Made by a program: the position numbers and the translations under genes
Assembly: GCA_002633005.1 (NCBI GenBank)
Contig: NMRA01000102.1
Span: forward strand, 664,345 to 728,344
Direction: 5' to 3'
Source of the DNA: Phoronis australis
Lineage: Eukaryota; Animalia; Phoronida
DNA length: 64,000 nucleotides
Shown: positions 54,946-64,000 of the stretch, piece by piece
Layout of the letters: every line of letters starts with the position of its first letter
Numbering within the stretch: position 1 is the first letter of the stretch
The notes under the pieces: model-generated
What the model was told of the DNA's origin: nothing
Database searches by the model: none
Seen by the model: only the letters and a program-made list of their open reading frames with translations

Positions 54946-55680
54946 AGGAGAATGCCACCCAAAAACAACCAATTTTGCAACTATTTAGATCGAGTAGTAC
55001 TACTCGATAACGGCACGTTCTGTTGCGCTACCTGACACCTGATGGCAGACGGAGGTGTTGAAATTATCGAATGACGTCATTGGTTTCACACGCAGTCTGT
55101 TCACCAGTTCACAACACGGGTTACTGGTCTCAGCTTATCGCGCAGATCATAAACCAATTGTATATCCGGCAGTACGATAAACACATTTCCTTTGGCAAGC
55201 ACAACAGAAACAACGAAATCGTACTTGGCTAGTATTTATCATATTTATTCGGTAACAAACGACAATAACAAAAATTTTCACAGAAAATTCAATTTCGGAA
55301 GCTAATTTCATAAATAAAAACCTGTTTAATGTCCACGATAGTTTGGTTAATTTCAGCCAGTGTTTTATTGCCTTCAAGCCATCTCTAATGCAGGTTGTTA
55401 TAGCCCAGTTGGCTGTTTGATGTACCCACTTGGTACTTTATTGTATGATATTTGCCCATTTGGCAGTACCCATTTGGTACTTGTTATTGAATTCGCCGTT
55501 TTGCTCGACCCACTTGGTAGGCAATCGGCCAATACCCATTTGGTACTATGGTAACCTGTGCCACTTAGTATCCTATACTCAATCACACATGGGGTATCGT
55601 AAAGGTATGTGTTACCTCTTGTAATTAAGGAATCCATCTGGTTCCTTCCGTGAAGTATTCATTTGTAGATCTGTGACCCT
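54946..55680. mobile_element. Third Kolobok-family terminal fragment
   Basis: ttaa|aggagaatgccaccc and ~190 bp collinear with 15075-15260; weaker similarity to 27740-27860 further in. Confidence 0.7.
55402..55572. repeat. Cluster of short hairpins with CANTT loop
   Basis: Six units of form stem-CC CANTT GG-stem at 55402, 55422, 55453, 55466, 55508, 55533. Confidence 0.7.
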
Positions 55681-56299
55681 GAAATTCCCAATACAACTTA
55701 AAATATATATTATTGTTTTAGTTTCATTTGTCCCCAATAATTGAATAAACAGTTCTTAAGGTAATGATTTTTATCAGTTTAAATTTTAATTGACATGAAA
55801 TGAAGAATCAATGTGTTTCATTGACTTTCCACGTATTTTGCTCTAAATTAAACGGCCAATTGTCGCTTATTCCGATATGATAGCGACAAGGTGAAATCCA
55901 ACTCCGCTGTGTCGAAGATGTCATAGACTTCGATTGGTACAAGCGCCATCTCAATTTTTTGGCGGTAAATGGGGTTCGTGATGGGGCTACTGTATTGTAA
56001 AAGGCCTGCTTTATAAACGACTGGATTATTCTATGACACCGTATTTTGATATTTTCCACCAATACATGTAGTTTAGATGAAATTAGTCATTTTGGCACCA
56101 TGGCAGGCCTTTAAGGCTGAACTAAAGGATGCCCCTTTGAAACAGCAACCGCTGTACACTATGGGAAGCCCGGTGAAAATATTGAACCATAAATGAGATG
56201 ATTCTAAAATCTTTTAAGACCATGATGTTTTAGCACTTTGCTTAACATGTAGGGTACTGTATATTGCACTGTGTCCTCAAAAAATAACTTCAAAAGTAT

Positions 56300-56420
56300 T
56301 AAAAATAATGATAATTAACGATAACGATAACGGGTAATAGTAGTGAAAGTATTAATAGTAGCAATAACAGTAATTACAATAATGGTAGCACTAGTAGTAA
56401 CAGTAATGTAATACTATTAA
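56300..56420. repeat. Degenerate (AAT/AGT)n microsatellite
   Basis: ataatgataattaacgataacgataac...agtagtaacagtaat. Confidence 0.6.
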
Positions 56421-57779
56421 AAATCACAATGGGTTGCCAAAGTGATGCAGTGTCAGCCACAGTGGAATTTTCACAGCAAAAAATCACAAAATGGTGTCAT
56501 TTTTGACAAATAATATCTAAAATGGTGCCTTTTCAGATTTTCTGGAACACAACTGTGCGAAAACGTTTTTACACAAATTTAGCTTCTGAATGGGTCATTT
56601 TTTGTCTGAGCCCACTCTGTAAACGGGTAGGTATCCATTTTTTTGGCGCCACCCCTCGTCCAAAAATACTCCATTAATTCTCGGTCTTGTCAGTTACCAC
56701 TTGTTTGCAATTTCTTTGAAATATGACGTTGGTTACGTAAACTGTTACAATGCTACATTTCTCGCATGTTCATCCGACGTAGTATGTAACAACTATGTTA
56801 GTTGTAACAAGCTGTTAGATTTTAGGACAGGTTTCGCAACATAAAATGTAACAATGATGTAAATTGCAGCAGTTGTTACATTTGACGTCGTACCAAGGCA
56901 GCCTTGTTTAAGGGAAGCTGTCAAGGGAATAAAATCTTGAACAGTGAGGTAAAATTTACCGTTGGTGTATTAATATGAAAGAAGTGCGTGTCTATAAATA
57001 GAAAATGACGTGAAGGGAAAAGTAATTCCCATAAATACATATATATTTGCTATAATCTACTTTGCCTGTGTGATGCTACATGGACGTGCTAAGTTGCAGA
57101 GTAAAGCAATAGGTGAGTGTTTAAAATGTAATTTATGATGACGTATGTACAAAATTTAGAACAAAAACTTTTGTATATTTTGCAGTCAATGCAGGTTCTG
57201 CGGTGTTTTTCCAATGAATGATGTGCTGCCATAATATTTTCTTGCTTTACACAAATAATCTATCCCGCCTCGCTCCCTCCCAACGGACTATACACCCATG
57301 GTCCCATGTTCCCTCTGGCTGCTCTCAGAAGAGCACTATCGCATGTTGATCGTCAAGGATAACTGTCCTGATTTTTTCGCCAATGCAAGATTAATTTGAC
57401 GAACATGGAATGGATTGCCTTTAGACTCAAAAATAATTGTTCTTTAAATGGGCTTTTCCAGTCAACAACTTCTGTAAAAATATAGACAAATTTGCAATAT
57501 ATTTGTATGAAAAAATAATTCAAATTCAGTTTTGAGATGAAGGGATATTTCTTTTTTTGATTTAAATTGTGTTATTATTTCCCTTTTTGGACCTTTTTTC
57601 TCCTTATCCGCACTTCCCCCTTCTGGTGATTCTCACTTTCAATGTTCACAGCTAATAGTGTGTGTGTGTGTGTAATAATTTTAATATGCTTCATTTTGTT
57701 TTGTTGGCTTACCTCCAATTATTGTACACTCTACTTCTTGCAATTAAAACTTAAAAAACAAATGCTTCCAATTACACAT

Positions 57780-57808
57780 ATAAAATATATATATATATAT
57801 ATATATAT
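57780..57808. repeat. (TA)n microsatellite; (TG)n nearby at 57658-57673
   Basis: Direct reading. Confidence 0.9.
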
Positions 57809-60159
57809 CTGACGTCGTTGTCAGCTTGATAGCAAATTTCTGTATATTTCAATAACAATTTCTAAAATATTTGCATCTGTAGGTCCAAACTTCATCAGGA
57901 AGTGGTGTTCATACATTCACATATTTACTTTAAATTTGCATTTCAATGTGAATCTGTGCCTGATTTTCTGACTTCATGGAACCTAAGGAAATTGTACCTG
58001 CAACATCACTGCTTAACTGTCATCCTGTTTTCATTGTCTTTAAATAAAATTTTTCTATTCCTTTCTCAATCACCGAATTAGCCAAATTTAAGTCAAAAGC
58101 GTGACAGATGATTCTTTCATCGAGTTGCTTCCTGCTATCGTCCGGTGACATTGCTTGAAAGGATATTAAACCCTGTTTTCATGATTTCAACCTATCCTCC
58201 TTCTGTCATCTGCTAATGCAACGTTAGCGTCATCCAAGTTGAAGAGATGAATCAGCTAAAAACTCATACCCCTATCTTACAGTTTGGACATAATGGTCCT
58301 TGATGGGTGGTCTTTTCCCCACAGTTGCAGTGTAATTTGCTAAAAGCGCATGTCACGCTGGTCCATTTAGCAGACATTGAGAATATTTTGTATGTTTTCC
58401 TCCAAACGTTTGAGGGTTGTCGAGGGCTACAGTGCATTGGTTTGTTGCAGAGAACTGGATGGGAAACTTGTTTTTAGTACCTGTTAGTAGGCCAAAACCG
58501 GGTTTGTTATCCATTTAACATAAACGGTAGCTTGATTTTTAATTCACGTAAACAGAAGTTGTTGATTCCATCATTGAAGCACTACCACCTGAATGGCCCC
58601 TTATGAACAATAAAAACATGGAAAGGTTTCTCATGGATGCCATCGGCGGTCTCTCCTTCTCAGAACTCAAGTGACAAATAAGTTCAAAAAAACAACAAAA
58701 GGCAGCTACTAACGACGTCGTTCTCACTTACTAGAGAGAGTTTTAGGAGAAATACTGCATAAGATATTTTTTTAATTTAAAAAATGAATCAACTTTCTCT
58801 GGAGAACATTGTCAGCGAACTTCTATGAGAGGCCTGCAACAAAATGGATATTGATGTCTGTAGGATCTATGGAGAAAGGTTAAAGTGCGTGACTTTCCTG
58901 AACAGAATACGACCAAACGCACCATAGTTTGCAAACCGGTAAGATCTACGAGCCTCCGCTGAACAACACGAACCACTTAGCCTTGGAATATATTGCCACA
59001 TTCATTACTATAATAGGAACGGCGTTTAAACGGAAATGTCTCTTGCAATTTATTAGTAATCTTATTGTGCAGATACCTTAAGGTATGTGACGTCATGAAT
59101 GCACGGGTGACTAGTCTTAGTCAAGTAGCCCGGGCAAATGGGTTCATATTGGATTACTTATAAAAATTGCAGAGAGAGAATTTCAGATTTCATTTCCATG
59201 AGCATTCGTGGTTATGTCTGAGCATGACAAAGTTGCTCGGAGTTTGCAGGAGAGTGTATGCAGTATTTTAAAACTGGGAGCCTTAAAACAAAAAATCTTC
59301 AATAGGCAAGGGAGCCCAAATGATAAATCCAGAATTAGTAGCTGATAAAGGTTCGCTAAAATTTGCTTCCCTCTTACATGTACTTGTTTTTGTATTCTCT
59401 ACACTCCCTGACCTCGCTATAATGTCGGTCGCTAAATTACTTAGGGTGCACTTATCCTCGCTTCCTACATTCCTGTTAAATGGGAGGGCGCTCGCCCCAT
59501 GTCCCTCTTTTCCTACGCCTATGTCTTAGGTCACTATTACCACAACAATGATTCACTCAATGGCTAGTCATGCACGCTGAAGTACTTTTTAAAAACATTC
59601 AGTTCACGTATTATAACCCTTTTTATTTAAATGTTCACCAGTCTTCAACACTATGATTTGCCAAGCGATGAATAAAAATCTGCATCATTTTGACGTGGGT
59701 AGATTGTGCTTTTTGGAAAAGCGAGCGACTAAAAATACCGCCCCACGTACTGACAATAACGCACACTGCTTTTGTCCTGACATCAATTCACAGTTGCTCG
59801 TTTTGGTTGTTGTTGATACTGTTAAGTTTCTGAATAACAAAATATTGTATTTTACTTGTATTGCATTAGTTTCCACATTCCATGTTAAGAACGATTACGC
59901 TAGATAGCATACATGTAGTTTAGGTTATATTCCATAACATTAGCTTAGATTTGATAAGATTGTGTGAGATAGCTTTTCCTTTGTTGTCAATTACATTTCA
60001 TTTCAGGTTGTAATCTTGTAGCGGCACTTGCCTTTGTTTGATCACCTCTTGGCTATTAGACCGGGATCACAGTGCTGTTTTGGGCATGAAAATGTAACAC
60101 ATTTTCTTTAGTGCCACAGTGCTCTGTGGGTATCCTGATGCTTGGAAATGGCCGTCTGG

Positions 60160-60975
60160 CAGGTTCGCTCTGGTGGGTGTGGTTATGGGAGCCAAGAGAA
60201 TGACACTCAAGAATTGAGCTAGATCAACTTTTCTGGTAACCACTACAAACTGCCATAGATACCTACTACGTAATCCACTGTATCAAAATTGGTCACTGCC
60301 AGACAATTTCAGTGGTGGGGAGTATCAGCCAGACGGTTATAAACAAGGTAAAAACATTGAGTTAGATCAATCCAAGAGGTACATGTAACCGCATGAAACT
60401 AGTTGCAAAATATTCACCGTGAGTCCAGGTGTCACGAATGAACACTGCCAGACAAATCTAGTGGTGGGTTAGCCCCGCCAGACTCGCCCAAATACCCGAG
60501 TTGAGCTAGATGAACCCACCAGGTAACCGTTTTAAACCAATTGCATGATGTTCAGCATCACTGTACATAACCCCACAGTTAGATGTCAGACAATTTCAGT
60601 GGTGTGGTGTCCTTGCCAGATGATTATCAAAAAGGTAAAACATTGATCTAGATCAACCCAAAAGGTAACCGCTTAAAACCAGTTCCAAAATAATCACCGT
60701 AAGCCCAGGTATCACGAATGAACACTGCCAGACAAATCTAGTGGTGGGTTTGCGTCGCCAGACATGCCCAAATACATGAATTGAGCTAGATCAAGTCAAG
60801 AGGTAACCGCATGAAACCAGTTGCAAAATATTTGTCGTAAGCCCAGGTATCAAGATTAGATACTGCCATACCAATCTAGTGGTGGGTTATCCCCGCCAGA
60901 CACGCCCAAGTACCTGAGTTTAGCTAGATCAACCCACCAATGGCCCGATGCTCAGCACCACTGCACGTGGCACAA
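60160..60975. repeat. Diverged tandem array, ~138-144-bp period, about 5.5 units
   Basis: TTGA(G/T)CTAGATCAA-like anchors at 60214, 60357, 60501, 60643, 60781, 60919; GTAACC and GCCAGACAA..AGTGGTG..GCCAGA blocks recur at the same period. Confidence 0.9.
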
Positions 60976-61344
60976 CAGTAAGATGCCCCCATCAGACAAA
61001 CAAAGAATCGAAACAAACATGATTATAAGCCCATTCACGCTGGATAAGCATCACAATCAGGAACCAGGGACTTCGATCTTCAAGAAAGCCACTAAATCCG
61101 TACGACATAGGTCACCGAGAGATGTTTTGCCGCAAGTTTAGTCAGGGCATGAAACCCAGAAACATCGCGCCTGAGGTTGCAGCGACCTCACAAGTCCATG
61201 TGAAAACAGCGGAATACTCCACATAACCCACTATAAAAAACAAAACCTTAGAGCCCGTCCAAGACGGATGGCACATTGTGTTTGCACTAATTTCCATTTT
61301 TCGTTGTCCTATTTTACCAGTCTAAACCGCGTTCCTCTGTTTTC

Positions 61345-63450
61345 AGACGAGTCATTTAATAAAGATGAATTACTAATTGATATTTACACTTTCGCTAGAC
61401 GTCTTAGATTAGCAGCATATTTTGCCAATTCTTCCAATGATGAAAACGAGAACTCCCCTTTAGAAATTAATCCTTTCAAGAAAAAAAGCAATTGGAATCC
61501 ACCTAGAAGTCAAAACCATGCCCTCGAAAGTTACATTGAAGGGATTACTAGTGACGTTATGAATAACAAAAAGCAAAACTACAAATATAATATTACTAAG
61601 TCCGAAAAAGATGCCCTTACAAATCTCGCTAAATACAAAGAAATCATAATTAAACCAGCTGATAAAGGATCAGCAGTTGTTATAATGGACAAGCAGAAAT
61701 ATATTGACGAGGCTCTCCGACAACTTAATGACACAGCATACTACAAACTTTTAGACAATAACCCCAACACAAAACATATCAATCTTATAACTAAAACTAT
61801 TTTGAATGCTTTCCATTTAGGTCACATTGACAAAGACACCAAAAACTACCTCATTCCTAATGATGCTCAACCTAGTCGGTTTTATCTCTTTCCAAAATTC
61901 CACAAAGAAGGTAATCCTGTACGCCCAATTATAGCCAGCAACAACTGCCCTACAGAAAAAAATCTCAGTTTGCCGACTACTATCTTCAGCAATTTGTCCC
62001 CACCCTTCCTTCATATGTTAAAGATACAAACATTTTCTTAATATAATTAAAAACATCAGTGATTTACCTAACAATGCCCTTCTCGTAACATTTGATGTTA
62101 AAAGCTTATACACTAATATTCCTCAACATGAAGGCATAGAAGCCTGTACCAAGTTTCTTAGTCAACGTAATAATCCTAATGTACCTACATCATTTATTTG
62201 CTCTTTTCTTGAACATGTACTTACCATGAATCATTTTACCTTTAATAATGTTCACTATCTCCAAATATTAGGCACAGCTATGGGAACTAGGGTTGCTCCT
62301 ACTTTTGCCAACCTTTTTATGGGAAATTTTGTAAACAGCTTCATCAAATCCTGCTCTGAAAAAAACCCTTCTCTGGCTAAGATACATTGATGACATTTTT
62401 GTGATATGGACCCATGGCCCACAAAAATTAGATGTATTTTTAGAAAATATTAACAAATTTCACCCTACTATAAAGTTCACTCATGACATTTCTCAAAATA
62501 AAGTCTCATTTTAGATGTAACAGTCACCCTTAATAATGATAAACTAGAAACTGACTTATTCTGTAAAGAAACTGACAAACACCAGTATCTGTCATATCAC
62601 TCGTGTCATCCCTTTCATTGCAAGAAAAACCTTCCATATAGTCTTGCCCTAAGAATTCGACGCATTTGTTCAGAAGAAACTTCCTTTAATAACCGTTTAA
62701 AAGAACTCAAGTACTTTCTAATTCAACGTCATTTCCCCTTACATCTTATACACAAATAGTTTGACAAAGTCCGTTCAATTACACGAAATGAATCTTTAAG
62801 AACTAAAACTAAAGGCGATACTACTAATAGAATACCATTCATAACTATGTTCAATCCATGTTTAAACGGAATTAGCCACCTCTTCAGAAAACATCTTTCC
62901 ACGCTGCATATTTCCCCTCAAATGAAAAACCTATTTCCTCATCCACCTATAATTTCTTGGAGAAAATGAAAAAACTAAAAAATTATTTAGTTAAAGCTAA
63001 TATCGACAATATACACCAAACTGACAAATCTATTGGCAACACACAATGTAACAAAATTAGGTGTAAAATGTGTAACTTTATCAACTATAGCACTTTTTCC
63101 AGTCTTCCCAAACCAATGAAAACTTTGAAATAAAACATTATTCTGATTGCACCACCAACAATATTATTTACCTTATAACTTGTAAAAAATGTTCTATCCA
63201 ACACGTAGGACAAACTCAACATAATCTGCAAACTCGGTTTCGTAATCATAGATTGAACATAATACATAAAAACATTTCTGATACTATAGGTAATCATTTC
63301 AATTCCAAAAACCATAATATTCAAGATCTTTCTGTACAAATAGAAATACTCCAACACCCCAATACCCCTCACAGACTCAAAAGAGAACAATATTGGATAG
63401 ACAAGCTCAATACAATAGAGCCTCATGGATTGAACATAAAAACTTCTTAA
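61345..63450 (+). mobile_element. Penelope-like element (Neptune-type), near-complete but disrupted RT plus GIY-YIG ORF
   Basis: FARRLRL, IIIKPADKGSAVVIMD, FYLFPKFHK..PVRPII, DVKSLYTNIP, GTAMGTRVAPTFANLFMG, RYIDDIF at ~62380, SCHP, LRIRRICS, CNKIRCKMC linker, IIYLITCKKC..HVGQT, REQYWIDKLNTIEPHGLN; several stops and frameshifts. Confidence 0.93.
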
Positions 63451-63554
63451 AATATGACATTGAATTTTTTACGCAAAAATGTATCATATTCATTAAACCA
63501 TATCTTATATGTCAATTGTCATTTTGTGTTTGATTTTACTTTATTTCTGTTTTT

Positions 63555-63588
63555 GTGGACAAGGGAAGTTATTACATCCGAAAATTTC
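63555..63588 (+). ncRNA. Degenerate hammerhead-like motif in the PLE 3' region
   Basis: tggacaag ggaagt tatt acatcc gaaa atttc: stem II-like hairpin followed by GAAA and a near-palindromic stem III; canonical CUGANGA absent. Confidence 0.35.
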
Positions 63589-64000
63589 AAATTTCATTTG
63601 ATCCATTCTTGTTGTTTTATTTACCGATTTATATTCTACATTCCATGAAACAATAGTATCCTTGGGAGGATCTGGATCGCCTTATTTAATTTCAGATTTA
63701 TTTTCTACGTTATGCAACTGCTAAAACGAATAACAATCGAAATGCCGTTATTTGCTGTGGCCTACGTTATGTTTACGCGCCAACTACCCTCATTTCAAAC
63801 AGTGATTAATGGCAAATTTGCCAAAACTGATCAGTTTTGGGCAATCTTCATCTTTCTCAAAAACCGAGCCCACAAAGAACTCCAGAGATGAGTTTAGAAC
63901 AATGACGTCAGTGGCTTAAACATTTTCCCGACTATGCTAGATGTATTCTTTGCCCTGAACCGCCCAAAACTACGCCACATGGGGAACATTATTTTACCAT

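Larger units (their letters stand above)
54050..59600. repeat. Inverted, insertion-interrupted paralogue of 5150-7600
   Basis: Blocks listed for 5150-7600 occur in exactly reversed order, separated by younger insertions. Confidence 0.75.

Noticed and set aside
57300-57760. CR1/L2 3' fragment (RTWNGLP)
   Set aside because: Single short motif; too weak to list as a feature.
60462-60521. tRNA gene (closing stem ending in CCA, TAGCTCAA on minus strand)
   Set aside because: No T-loop GTTCRA, too short, no cloverleaf.
60160-60975. CRISPR array interpretation of the tandem repeats
   Set aside because: Inter-anchor segments are homologous to each other rather than unique spacers, period is ~140 bp, no cas genes, eukaryotic context.
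60087-61130. Selenoprotein or recoded-stop reading of the array (recurrent in-frame TGA)
   Set aside because: TAA and TAG also occur, two unit lengths are not multiples of three, and substitutions show no third-position bias.

Overview
AT-rich animal genomic DNA (spliceosomal introns and metazoan transposon families; probably a marine invertebrate, by inference) from a draft assembly with one ~640-nt gap and several single-N joins that duplicate allelic sequence. Almost all ORF-track entries are spurious or transposon fragments. The window is mostly nested, decayed mobile elements: an L1/Tx1 LINE, RTE and RTE-X LINEs, three Penelope-like elements (two followed by decayed hammerhead-like motifs), a Gypsy/Mag remnant, candidate solo LTRs, Kolobok (THAP + P2X7-like), P-like and Chapaev-like DNA transposons and several MITEs. 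One probable host gene is visible: the 5' exons of a spliced, signal-peptide-bearing protein on the minus strand at 2.5-4.9 kb. Most notable observations: (1) recurrent TA->TACATGTA 6-bp insertions shown by paralog comparison, one of which appears to have shifted the host gene's splice donor; (2) a six-anchor ~140-bp palindrome-rich array just upstream of a Penelope-like RT-GIY-YIG element; (3) an inverted-repeat-bounded element found in two orientational isomers; (4) a cluster of small hairpins with co-varying stems; (5) a reconstructable tandem duplication plus ~8.2-kb inversion. All alignments were made by eye, so element boundaries are approximate unless termini or TSDs are quoted.
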